Source: Neoconidiobolus thromboides FSU 785 (taxonomy: Eukaryota; Fungi; Entomophthoromycota). From it: a DNA stretch of 64,000 nt. Shown here in pieces: positions 52,573 to 64,000 of the stretch; the stretch's first letter is position 1; every line of letters starts with the position of its first letter. The notes beneath the pieces are model-generated. The model was not told the origin of the DNA. It did not search any database and worked only from the letters and a program-made list of their open reading frames with translations. The stretch is taken from positions 17,437 through 81,436 of the forward strand of contig MU626352.1 of NCBI GenBank assembly GCA_025603075.1, given 5' to 3'. The position numbers were made by a program, and so were the translations under genes.

Positions 52573-52744
52573 AATATATTTGGGCACACTATTAACTAGC
52601 CGTTTCATTAGCAGCTAAACATTAATACCTTTATTCTGCTCTTTCCCACATGTTTTTTATATTAATAAAATAAGCAAGTTTTATGTCATAATACCATATT
52701 ATGTTTTACTAAACTTTTGAAATATTGAGAATCAGGTATAAATA

Positions 52745-52843
52745 AATGGTGATGTTTTTTTGGCTTCATCACTTTTTCTATTTTAAGTGTTATTTGAGTG
52801 GAAAGATTGTTAGTAAAAAAAGACTTAAAAATACATTCCTAAA
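52745..52843 (-). mobile_element. MITE copy 13
   Basis: Diverged full copy about 170 bp downstream of the secreted-protein stop codon. Confidence 0.8.
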
Positions 52844-52939
52844 TGATAAAGTTTTAAATTTACTATGATAGATAAATATACCAAACACTTTTAAGAGCTA
52901 GATTGAAATTCTGAGATAAAAGTTAAAAAAATAAAGAAT

Positions 52940-53047
52940 ATATGGGGGTGTTTTTTTTGGCTTCATTATTTTTTCTATCTTTTAAGCACTGTTTGAGTAG
53001 AAAAATTGTTAGTAGAATTCTCAAATACAAAAATACATCTCCATATA
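52940..53047 (-). mobile_element. MITE copy 14
   Basis: Full copy. Confidence 0.85.
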
Positions 53048-54015
53048 TACTTTAAGTAAATTAGTAATATTATTCAGTGTATTTTTATCGTAATTTTGAT
53101 GTACCTGTACCTTTATACCAAAATATTTAAATATTAAATGAAAAATTGTATCGTTTTAGAATAATGATATTCCTAGTATGATATTTTTAAAAGCATTAAA
53201 AAAAGGGAAATTTAAAAGCATCAAAGTAAACTAGTTAAATATGTATTTTTATCTGTATTTGATCAATTTCTATCAAATTTATTTTACTAGTTACTTTTCA
53301 GTGCTTTGTATAAATATGTTACTCACTACCATAATCAAAAGGCGCTCACATCTCAATATAACATTATAATTTTCAAAATAAAATGCTCTTTATCGGATTA
53401 TGGCTTGACTATAATCATTACCACTTAGTGTTAATAATATAACATTTATGATCATTGGTTTTATTTTATGTTGAACTTCCATACTTTTATCGAAAACAAA
53501 TAATTTTAAAATATTTAAAGCTTATTATTTTTAAAAAAAATTGTATTTTTAGTTTATTTATAATGATAATAATTTCATTTAATAAATTTTTATATTAGTA
53601 TATACAATCAAGACTTGAAACATAATCAACGACAAACAAAGTCAATAAAATCCTCATTTATAGCATGTATCTAACTATATTAATTTATTATTTTAAATTA
53701 ATTATTATTTTAAAAAAACTAAATAATTATACTTTTTTATATTTTAAAACCAAACATAGATAATACCATATTTATTCAAAAAAGGATCTGATAATTGTAT
53801 TACTATTATTAATTTAATTCAATACAAGCTTTTAAAATAATAGATATATTTATTAATATTGATAATAAATATTTTCAAATATCAAATAATTTATACAATA
53901 ATAGAGTGATTGGTCAATTTTTTACAATTATTGAGTTAAGCAAATAGTAGTGTAAATTTTCTTACTAAAACTTCCTTTTTGTTAGCTTTTTAGACGAAGT
54001 TATCATCCACACATT

Positions 54016-54953
54016 ATGGGTAAGTGATAATCCGGTACTAAAAAATAAGGATAGCGTTAGCCCAAGTTAAAGACATAAACAACTACATCCATCCAAAAAT
54101 TAAAGATATTAAACAATATTAAAGAGAGAAAGTTAATAAAAGGGATACAAATAGTAATATACATTGTCGAAATTAAGGATGGGGTTAGAAACTAACATCC
54201 AATTTGATTTAAATTCATAAAGTAAAGAATACAAATTAACAACCAAAACTAGGTATAAGCAGAGACTCTCGTCACAAACGCTCCCACACCGGAGCTAAAC
54301 GCGCACATTATCGTAAGAAGAGAAAGTTTGAACTTGGTCGTCAAGCTGCCAACACCAAGCTTGGAGCCAAGCGTATCCATACCGTACGTGTACGTGGTGG
54401 AAACACCAAATATCGTGCCATGCGTTTAGATACCGGAACCTACTCATGGGGTTCTGAATCTATTTCCCGTAAGGCTCGTATCGTTGCCGTTGTTTACAAC
54501 GCTTCTAACAATGAATTGGTCCGTACCAACACTCTTGTTAAATCTGCCATCGTACAAATTGATGCTGCTCCATTCCGTCAATGGTATGAAAATCACTACG
54601 GTGCTGCTCTTGGACGTAAGAAGGCTTCAGTATAGATTTTTAATTTTATTATTTTAAGTTGTTAAATTTTGATTAAGGATGCTGAAGAAGTCGCTAATGT
54701 CAAGCGTTCCAACCACGCCCAACGTAAAATTGATGCCCGTAAAGAAGCTTCAGTCCTTGATTCACACGTTGCTGACCAATTCAACACTGGTCGTCTTTAT
54801 GGTAAGCTTTAAAGTAGAAAATATTGATTGTATTTAATCTTTTCTATAGCTATCATCACTTCCCGCCCTGGACAATCTGGTCGTTGTGATGGTGTCATCT
54901 TAGAGGGTAAAGAGCTCGATTTCTACCTCCGTAAAATCAAGAGCAAGAAATAA
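54016..54953 (+). CDS. RPS8: 40S ribosomal protein eS8 (4 exons)
   Basis: ATG G|intron|[83 protein letters not shown]. Confidence 0.97.
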
Positions 54954-55561
54954 GCTATTATTTAAAAATACTAAAGTACTGAGCTAAGAAAAGTTGTATA
55001 AATAATTTGTTTATTTTTAAGAGTTTTTCATGTTGTTTGTAATTATTATTTAATATATAGTTGTAGGTTTTTAAAGGTATATTCAATAGGATTTATAAAG
55101 GTTATGGACAGGATTTAAAACTATAATTAAAGTGGTTTTGACGGAAAAAAATTAAAATGGAGATACTCAGTATTAATGGTAAAGATTGTATTAACAGTAG
55201 ATTAAAAAGCTATTGTTTTATGTTGAAATAATATATTTTGCTATTTTAATAAAGTAAATACACATCAATGAACGCCTTTTAGAATATTATTTAAGTGTAT
55301 AAATCATAATCAAAAGACTAATATATTTTAAACACATTAGGATACAGATAAAAGAGTCATTTTAAATCGATAACGTTTTTTCAATTAAAAAAGTAATAGA
55401 GTGTTTGAATAATTAGTTATATTCAGTATCTTTTATAGTAAAAAGTAATATTGTTATTTAAAGTGAACTTTAATCTTATAAAATATAAATAATATAAATG
55501 AGCAGTAGTTATAAGTAAAAACAAATACAGAAACAAAAGACCCTTTCTTAGTTATTTTGCC

Positions 55562-56890
55562 CTAAATATGAAAGAAAAGGATGTTAGAGTGATTTCTAAT
55601 TTCATGGAATAAGGGGTTAGAATCTGGATATGAACCCTTGTGGATTTTAAACTGGAATAGAGGTAAGTCATTTAAAAATCGAAAGGAAGCATCAAAGATG
55701 CCTGAGCTAAGCTTGCCACGATAAAAGTACAAATATTTTAATTCTGGGAATAGTGATAGAAAAGCAAATAGATGATCCACAGTCATATGAGAATGGTAAA
55801 AGTCAATTCTTTGTACTTTTAATTCGTTTGGTGTAGTCATTGCATTCTCAAAAGCTATGTCTTTGTCTTCAAAATACCAGTATAATTTTATCACTTTTAA
55901 ACTTGTAAAATAAGATAGCTTAGTTAGTAAACTCGAGAAACCTTTAAAACAGTTTAAATTTAACTGTTTGATATATTTAAACCCATCATAGCCTTCAAAA
56001 TTAAGTTTTGTACACCCACTAAGCATAATAGTCTCAAGTTGAGTATTTGGTGGTGATTTAAGTTGAAGGTTAGAGCATTGGTTATGGTTGCAGTAGTTAA
56101 ATAATAAAGTTTTTAAATTTGGTAATTTTGTAAGATAATCATAAAATAAAGATAACTGTGATAAATCAGTAGCGATAGTAGCTGATAGTTCAAATGTTGT
56201 TAGACTTTTGAAACCAATAAAAGTTGGATTAAAATGCTGAAATTTCAACTCCCAAGCGTTTAATTGAATTGTTTTTAAGTTGTCAAATACTTCAAATCGT
56301 GTAAAGTCTTCTAATTCTAAATATTGCTCACAGCTGATTGAAATTTTGATTAATTTATCCGTACTTAAATTTTCCAAAAAATAATTAATATGGGTTTGAG
56401 AACACCTTTTTAACTGCAGCTGGAACTGAGTTAAGTTAGCCAACATAGGAAATGGCGGAAGCTCAAATGGTAAATCTCCATCAAACCCAATGGATAAATT
56501 CCTAAGAAATGGTGCTTCGTCACTTGAAACCAGACTTAAGTCTCTATACTGAAAAGTATCATACTCTTTAATATCAAGACTAACAATATTGGAACATTGT
56601 TTTAAAGCTAAGGGTAGGCTATAAAAAAAATGAGTAAACTCTAAGTGCTGTACTTTGGTGCCATACCTTGAGTAGAAATTAAGTTGATAATTTCTACAGC
56701 CTTGACTAAAAAATTTAGATAAAGTTAGACGTTCATATAATACTTGATTCACCACCTCATAACATGTTTTATTTAAAAATCTTAGGTTTAGTAGCTCATC
56801 GTTAGAAGCTAGCTCAATAATATCTTTTAGGATTAAATATGGGAGCTTATCTAGCATTTTTTTAAATTTCTTGTTTAAGGCTTGAGTCAT
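55562..56890 (-). CDS. F-box / leucine-rich-repeat protein
   Basis: N-terminal F-box-like LDKLPYLILKDIIELASNDELLNLRFLNKTCYEVVNQVLY, followed by degenerate LxxLxL repeats. Confidence 0.75.
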   Translation of the reverse strand: MTQALNKKFKKMLDKLPYLILKDIIELASNDELLNLRFLNKTCYEVVNQVLYERLTLSKFFSQGCRNYQLNFYSRYGTKVQHLEFTHFFYSLPLALKQCSNIVSLDIKEYDTFQYRDLSLVSSDEAPFLRNLSIGFDGDLPFELPPFPMLANLTQFQLQLKRCSQTHINYFLENLSTDKLIKISISCEQYLELEDFTRFEVFDNLKTIQLNAWELKFQHFNPTFIGFKSLTTFELSATIATDLSQLSLFYDYLTKLPNLKTLLFNYCNHNQCSNLQLKSPPNTQLETIMLSGCTKLNFEGYDGFKYIKQLNLNCFKGFSSLLTKLSYFTSLKVIKLYWYFEDKDIAFENAMTTPNELKVQRIDFYHSHMTVDHLFAFLSLFPELKYLYFYRGKLSSGIFDASFRFLNDLPLFQFKIHKGSYPDSNPLFHEIRNHSNILFFHI

Positions 56891-57271
56891 TATTTTTTTT
56901 CTATCTGATTAAACTAGTGAATCACAAATCAAGAAGAATTTTAGAAATTAAAATGTTTGATTGGTTTATAAAATTTGGCTTTATTTTAAGTTTAATTAGA
57001 AATTTTTAATGTATCATTAAGTATATGTATACTAACTATAATAGTACATCAATACAACCCATATGTAAAAAATGGGTATAATGTACAATGAAGTTTAGAT
57101 TCGTATAAAAATTTAATTCTAAAGCCTTTATACTTTCTTATTTAATACAATAGAACAATGAATAAGAACAATCCCCAAATATAGTAAATGGAATAATTCC
57201 AAGTATCTTTTTAGTTTATTAAAAATAATAATAAAAAAAGAGCCTAATTAATTTTCACTTTAAATTGATAT

Positions 57272-58760
57272 ATGGAAGGGGAATTCAGTAGCCAAACGTG
57301 CGATCGATGCTCCAAATGGAAGAAAAAATGTAGTCGACATATTGATGGGTGCATTCGTTGTTTAATGAGTAACGTCAAGTGTGCTTATTCAATGATAAAA
57401 CAAAGAAAGAGAAGATTTAATTTAGAAATTAAATTAAAACTGGATACGGGATTGCCTACGATTCGAAGGTAGTTTTAATAAATATGATAGATGTTAATGT
57501 ATATAATGATTTGTTAGCCTACAATTGCCGTCTGACTCATCGTTTGAGATAAAACTAGAAAGATATTTACTAAAATCACCTTTAATAGTTTATTTTATGG
57601 GATTAAGCAATATATCAAAGGATACCAAGTTGCCTCAAGAAAGACTAACAATCATCAACATGCTGGGAGCGTTGAATAAGTTTCGACCAGATATTTTCGG
57701 GAACAGAAAGAATAACTACCCAGCAGTAACAGCAGATAGCCCGCTAGCTATCTATGGAAGTGAAGAATTATATCAGTCTTGCTGCGACGCATACTTTACC
57801 TATTTTAATACCTATTTTCCATTATTTTGTAAGAAAACATTTTTGAAAAAAGAAGATAGAATGATAAAATTGGTGGTACTCGCTAGTGGGATACGTTTTT
57901 TGAAAATTAAGGTTAATTTTTTAGACTTGTTGCACCAAGAGATCTATACCTTAGTTAGTAGAAGGTTGTTTAAGCCCAGTTTAAGCTTGATTCAAGCTTT
58001 ATTTATCATATCTTATTTTTTATATTCCACTCCCATTTTTTTTAAATTGATAAGATACAGTGCATATAGTTTACTGGGTCTATGTTATAGTCTGGGTTTA
58101 CCTTACAAGAAGGATCTAGAAAGTAAGTTAACTTGGCTAACTCTTATTAACTACAAGAGGATTGGAATGTTACTAAGTAGAACGATTGTGCCCGAAAGTT
58201 TATATCACGGGCATATTTTAAAAAATATTAAAGATGAAGAATTAAATATTCGATATCAAGGTATGCTACAACAAAATATACTAGTATCCCAAATTTTCGA
58301 TGCTTCAAAAAATAGTCAATTAAAGATATCCGTTTTAAAATTAGTTCAAAAAATGAATGTAATTCTCCAAACTTTAAAGTCGAAAGAAGATTATTACCCT
58401 TATTTAACAAACATGGGTAATGCCAACCTTTTGTTCTTGATAATTAAAACAATCGATTTGTATCCCAATTTAAAATCGAATTTTAATCTATTAAAGTACT
58501 ACCAGGCTTCCCATCTTCAGCTAATATACTTACAATTAAAATATAAAGGAGTTCCGTTATTAGCAGATCAGTTTTTTATACTCACAAGTACTATTTCAAG
58601 TTTGATGAAAAGTTTAAATCTCAATAAAATACAGTTTAAATCAGAATTTAAGCAAACTATATTAGATTATTACAGTGAATATAACCAACTTCCTCAATTT
58701 GTTGGAGTAGTTAATATGCATTTATCTTTAATTGATAGGTTGACTAAAGCAGTTGAATAA
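57272..58760 (+). CDS. Zn(II)2Cys6 transcription factor with fungal TF middle homology region (1 intron, 57469-57517)
   Basis: CDRC-x6-C-x6-CIRC-x6-C. A 49-nt GT-AG intron joins in frame to the 57525 ORF, which carries LYQSCCDAYFTYFNTYFPLF and SLSLIQALFIIS. Confidence 0.85.
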
Positions 58761-58818
58761 ATTTATAATAATAATAATAAACACAAACATGTATAATAGA
58801 AATATTTTATTTTATCAT

Positions 58819-60138
58819 CTATTTCTTTCTTTTTATCAAAGACGTATTAATTACATTTATTTCACCACTACGCTTTACTTGTTTCTGTTTACCAAATTTT
58901 AAGCCCTCGACGGATTTAGGTTCATGGATTGGGATTTTATTATCTAGTAAAATAGTTTCAACTTCTTGGCTTGCTTTTAAAGCCTTTTCATAGGTACTGA
59001 AATCTGAAGTGTTAGTTATTATATTAAAGATTCTATAAAAGCTTTTTTCTTCCTCAGGTCTTGACTCTATTTCATTTATCAAGTCTTCAGGTTCCAGGCT
59101 TTCAGAATCTTCACTATCTTCGCTTTCATTAGCTGATGCATCATCATTTTTACTATATCCATTTTTACCCTCTTCTTTATGATCAAGTTCGTTATCCGAT
59201 TTCGTTGATTCATTATCCTCTTCACCACTTTGGTTTTCTTTTTTTGCAGCTTCCATTAAAAGTTTGTCTAAAACATCTCTCTCTAATAAACCTTTCTTAC
59301 AATTCATATTAAAATTTGACAAAAAAAAAGTGGCTACTAATTGGCCAGTATTACACTCTTCAGTAAAAGGCAAGATGAGTAAAAACTCTTTAATTGATAA
59401 ATCTTGATTATATTCACTTTTACTCAATCTAGTTAAACAATCATCATTTAGATTTAAAATGACTTGTTTTACTATATCATTTTCGTTGTAAATAGTAGAA
59501 TAATTCCATCCATCCAATGAGTTTTTAACTAATGACTTGATTTGACCTAGTTCATTCCCTGGTACATAAATATATTTTTTATAGTTTAAGTTCACTTCAA
59601 ATAATGGGCTGTCCAAAATATCTACCCAATAGTTAATCAACTGTTTATCATTCAACATCTTTTTATTAATATTCCTTTTGGAATTTTTAAAAAGGTACTG
59701 GGGTTGAGGTTTGGCAAATAAATAGATCAAATGTCTACTTTCTCTATAATGATATTTTCTATAATCCAAATAGCTCTTGAGCACCTTTTTCATTACCTTT
59801 GGTGTCTTGCCGTAACCAGTAGTATCCACCTTATCAATGATTGTAATAAATCCTTCCTCATCTCCTTGTAATAAAACCTGGTATTCATAACTTGTAAATC
59901 CACCTAATAGTATTTTGTCTTCATATACCAATGTTACCCTTTCCCTTGTGAATCCAAAGCTCACCTCTATATCATCCAGCTTCTCACATATATTTTGTTT
60001 CTCAACACAGGTTAATGTGGTTGCGAATCTAATATTTTTAAATTCGAATAGACCTGCCTTTATATAATCTTCTAGAGTTAAGGTTTCCATTTTGTTAAAA
60101 AAGAAATTAGTGTCTTTTTTACTCAAAATCGATTCCAT
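58819..60138 (-). CDS. RTT109: histone H3K56 acetyltransferase Rtt109-like
   Basis: IIDKVDTTGY, LFAKPQPQYLF..S..N..K.ML.DKQLI.YW, NDD..TRL, EECNTG, plus an acidic insertion and a basic tail. Confidence 0.85.
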   Translation of the reverse strand: MESILSKKDTNFFFNKMETLTLEDYIKAGLFEFKNIRFATTLTCVEKQNICEKLDDIEVSFGFTRERVTLVYEDKILLGGFTSYEYQVLLQGDEEGFITIIDKVDTTGYGKTPKVMKKVLKSYLDYRKYHYRESRHLIYLFAKPQPQYLFKNSKRNINKKMLNDKQLINYWVDILDSPLFEVNLNYKKYIYVPGNELGQIKSLVKNSLDGWNYSTIYNENDIVKQVILNLNDDCLTRLSKSEYNQDLSIKEFLLILPFTEECNTGQLVATFFLSNFNMNCKKGLLERDVLDKLLMEAAKKENQSGEEDNESTKSDNELDHKEEGKNGYSKNDDASANESEDSEDSESLEPEDLINEIESRPEEEKSFYRIFNIITNTSDFSTYEKALKASQEVETILLDNKIPIHEPKSVEGLKFGKQKQVKRSGEINVINTSLIKRKK

Positions 60139-63100
60139 GTTTCATTACATTAATGATCCTTAAAATGATGAAAATTGGTATATTTTAAGTTCTAATTTTT
60201 GTATTTTAATATAATAAAAGAGTTCTGGTTTTCTAATAGACATACTTAATTAAGCAGATAAGTTATGATAATTAATTATTATATACTAAAATACTGAATA
60301 CTCTTACTAGCTAATAATTAGTAGAGCTTATGAATAATTAGTAATAATCATTAATATTAATTGAACATTGATTTTATATTGTTATTTCAACTTATAACTA
60401 ATTTATTATTCCGTATTTAATATAGCATTTTATTTTTGGATCTTGAGACAAAGATGCCAAGACCAATGTGTTAACCCAATAGATAATTAATTATTAACTG
60501 TTATTGTACCTTTTTATAAAGCAATGATAAGTCATCATTTCATTTATTTTTTATAAATTTAAGTGTCTCATAACTTTCAAGAACTTAATTGCTGAAGAAA
60601 AATCATGCTGTATAATAGTAAAGAGTATGATCACTTCAAAAACTAATTACCTCAATGTTAGATTAATAAGGTTCGCAAAAAACTTTGGAAGTTACTGTAC
60701 AATTTTTATGGTTGTAAGTATGATTTTAATTCTACTAAATTCACAACTTGATCCGAATAAAACTTATTTAGGTTGCTTATGAGCTATAAATAGTTTTGGT
60801 AGAAGATTATATATATTATTATAATTGACTGTTGCTGTTATGAACTTCATATGAAATCGGCTTATCACTATTATCCCTTTTTAATTGATATTTTTTACTT
60901 TAAGTTGTGTAGAATAATAGAGGAGCTAGCTGCTCCATTCAAGGTCTATTTATAAATGATAGGAATTCTCTATATTTTATAAGAAAGAGTAAATTTGGGT
61001 TATCTATGTCATCATTGATGATTTATAAAAGTCTTCAAAAAATAACAATTGACTATACTCAACGTCATGAAAAGATCATGTAAAATTTATTATTATTCTT
61101 AGAGGGAGAATCATGCTATATCTTCAAATGTCTTAATGTCAATAATGAATCTCTGAAAAGCTCTTAGTAAATACTTCTAGCTCTTTTCAATTTTTCACTT
61201 AAGTTTTAAATATAAGGGTCCATTTTTTTAAAATATTTGTTCATTTTAACAATCATTTAATGATAATGTATTATTTGAATTGTTAATGTTAAAATAGTTC
61301 GTGGTTGATTATAACCAAGTACACCTTAAGAGAAATAGCCTATACAGAGCCTATTTACCTATGATTAAATAGAACAAATTTAATACGAAAAGTTAGACAA
61401 AGTTCTACATAATTTTATTCTTTAAATAAGTTAAACTACTACCACGCATATATGGCTAATAAATTGATTGAGAACCGACATTCATAATAGATCCAATAAA
61501 ACTAAATGATTTAACACAACATAAAAACGAATAACGAAATATGACAGTAAATTGGTAAATTTAGGTTATATATACTTTCAATAACGCTGAGCTCAGATGA
61601 TAATAATAATAAACAATAGAAAGTTCTTAGGTGGAAATGAGAATAGAATCTTAGCAATATATTCTTTAAGTTCATAACATTCGAGTTTTCTATCATTTGG
61701 TTCCTTTAAGTTGAGGTTGGGTTTGGTAGTTATTGGCGTTGGTGAAAATCAAAAGTTTTAAAATAAGATGAAACTATCTTTAAAGAATAATAATAATAAA
61801 ATAACTATTATATAATTATTATATAATAAGTTTATTTTTATAATGAGTAAGCTATAAAACTCAATAACAGTGGTGGGCTATGGTATAATAAATGGTAAAA
61901 TAATTCTGTAAATTTAAAATTTTGAACTTAGTAACTTGATAGCAAAAGAATAAATCTCATGATTTAATAAAGCTTTTTAATCATTAATTTCTGGGTACCA
62001 AAAATAGCGACTTTTTAGTTTCAACTAAGTGACCAAATATTACAAGTTTAGATTCCTAACTAAGATTAATGGGAGATATGTTATAGTGAAGTTTACTATA
62101 TTATTATTATTAATATAAGATGCTTATAGCTCTATTGGACAAAATACACAATAGAGTTAATAGAAAAATAAAGTGATAAAGCGGCGAAAGCGTATAAAGT
62201 ATGATGGACTTTGATACATTTGCATTATTAACTAAATACACTATTTATTGACATTGAAATATATAGCTAAAAAATGAGACTTGTAAATTTAATAATGAAT
62301 AAATATCCCAACCTCTAGTTTCTTTGAATTTCAATTTACTATACGCACAGTATACTTAAAATAGGCCAGCAGTAGAGATATTATTGAAATTTCTATTGAA
62401 CATCATTTTTTTATCATATAGTTTGTATATAGCTATTAGTCTATGGTAAAGTCTGCATAAAATCAAGTTTAATAAAAGGTTATACTATCGTGGTTCAAAT
62501 AAACCTGGGGTTGTAGGAGGAATAAAATAAAAGATCTATTAATACGGAATCTATTTTTGGAAAGTCCGACTTTGAATTTCTAAGCCACATTTATTTTTAT
62601 CTTTTTTATTCATCATCTTTTATTAATTCTTGTAAATCGACAAAAAATAATAAAAAATAATTAAAAATAAAACTTTAATTAAATACACAAGTCAAGTCAT
62701 TTTTCATTTTGTCTTTTTCATATTTAAATATGGTTAACTGTATATTTTAGCTTATTATGTCTATTAGACGCTTTAATGTGGAACTAGTAGTAGTTTCAAT
62801 AGCTCCATATAGCTTTATTAATTCGTTTTAATAAATTGTAAATTAGACATTAATTAATTAAGGATAAAAACATTTATCTGTAATGGTAAAAGGAAGTTCT
62901 AATTCTCCATATTTTTTACTCCAATTGGATTTAATGCATTAAGTGAAGAAACTTAAATGATTAGTTTGAATCTGAATCCGAAATTAATTATATACAAGGG
63001 AACCAATAAGCTCAAAGCTACAGCCAATAGTGAGATCATTAGGAAGAAATTCTTCTGTGTTAATGTGTAATTTCTAAAATTAAACTCTTAATAAAATGTT

Positions 63101-63413
63101 CTTAAAAGAGGGATTGAATTGCAGCCTAAATATGTAAGAAATATTCCATTACCTCGGTTTTGGTTGTACTACAAAGTGCGCTTAACCTATTAAAATGAAT
63201 TTTTGGATTAATTTGGAACATTAACCACTATAACAAAGTTGCTACTAAAAACTATTACCAGATAATACTTGAAATTAATTTACATCAATTTAAAAGTATA
63301 TAAAGAATAGTAATTTCAATTTATTTTTTTACTCTTTAAATATAAATATTTAATTTGGTGGTTTATAAAAAGTTCAATTTTATATAAATAATTTACTATA
63401 TACATAATTTAAA

Positions 63414-64000
63414 ATGAAATCCTCTCTCATTGCCGTTTGCGTTGCTTTAATCACTGGACAATTGTCCGCTAGTGCTAGTTATGAAGTTCCTTCATACAAC
63501 GTCGAAGTTCCTTCTTATGAAGTTACTTCTTCATCAACTGTTTCAACTCCAGTTTATGAAACTAGCACTTCATCAACCGAATCAACCACTTCAACTGTTT
63601 CAACCCCAAGTTACGAAGTCACCACCTCAACTTCATCAAGTGTATCTTCCTCAGTTTCTACTTCAACTGTTTCCACCCCAACTTATGAAACTGGGTCTTC
63701 ATCAAGTGTAACTTCATCAACTACTAGTCAAACTACTACTACTGATGAAGACTGCGAAGAAGAAACTAGCACTACTGCTACTTACACTGTCCCAGCTGAA
63801 ACTTCTTCAACTGCTACTTACACTGTCCCAGCTGAAACTTCTTCAACTGCTACCTACACTGTCCCAGCTGAAACTTCTTCAACTGCTACTTACACTGTCC
63901 CAGCTGAAACTACTCAAACCACCCCAGGAAAATGCCATGTCATTACTCGCACTATCAAAAAGTGCCACTCAACTCCTACTTACGAAACCACCCCAGCTAC
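63414..64000 (+). CDS. secreted Ser/Thr-rich mucin/adhesin-like cell-wall protein (runs off window end)
   Basis: An open frame missed by the ORF track: MKSSLIAVCVALITGQLSASASYEVPSY... with STPxYE motifs and TATYTVPAETSS repeats. No stop before 64000. Confidence 0.85.
   Translation, partial: MKSSLIAVCVALITGQLSASASYEVPSYNVEVPSYEVTSSSTVSTPVYETSTSSTESTTSTVSTPSYEVTTSTSSSVSSSVSTSTVSTPTYETGSSSSVTSSTTSQTTTTDEDCEEETSTTATYTVPAETSSTATYTVPAETSSTATYTVPAETSSTATYTVPAETTQTTPGKCHVITRTIKKCHSTPTYETTPA
63774..63911 (+). repeat. 36-bp coding minisatellite (TATYTVPAETSS, about 3.8 copies)
   Basis: ACTGCTACTTACACTGTCCCAGCTGAAACTTCTTCA units, nearly identical to each other. Confidence 0.95.

Noticed and set aside
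6634-53047. Interpreting the recurrent ~100-bp repeat as CRISPR-like or as tRNA/snRNA
   Set aside because: Dispersed in both orientations, with no regular spacers and no cloverleaf or snRNA motifs. The TIR structure fits a MITE.
822-54953. Apparent functional clustering (mitochondrial IRC3/MSH1/PPR-like; ribosome-related URB1/RPL28/RPS8/PRMT3-like)
   Set aside because: The genes are far apart and interleaved with unrelated genes. These categories are common, so chance is a sufficient explanation.
63472-63711. 79-aa ORF in the ORF track
   Set aside because: Wrong frame; the real CDS starts at 63414 and runs off the window end.

Overview
AT-rich eukaryotic DNA with short (about 40-60 nt) GT-AG introns. 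The gene content (Zn2Cys6 factors, Rtt109, Irc3, Msh1, F-box/LRR) indicates a fungus; by inference an early-diverging one such as a Conidiobolus-like Entomophthoromycotina. Conserved genes: alpha-arrestin, SEC15 (N-terminal half only), IRC3-like helicase, URB1, RPL28, MSH1, a LisH/Flo8-like regulator, RPS8 and RTT109. Lineage-specific or accessory genes: a PPR-like mitochondrial protein, three Zn2Cys6 factors, a divergent PCL-type cyclin, an F-box/LRR protein, two secreted proteins and a class-3 lipase pseudogene. Most notable observations: (1) an intronless, bacterial-type YcnI/DUF1775 copper-binding protein that appears to have gained a GPI-like tail; (2) a 100-105 bp TIR element (MITE-like) present 14 times, whose + strand contains a complete intron-like signal set and whose - strand can form an ATG-initiated targeting-like peptide; (3) an 814 bp TIR element nested inside one MITE copy; (4) two cleanly spliced half-genes (Sec15 N-half, and the PRMT3/Rmt3 zinc-finger module without its methyltransferase domain); (5) substitutions at key residues in Rtt109 and the cyclin. 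All family calls come from motif recognition by eye; no database search was run.
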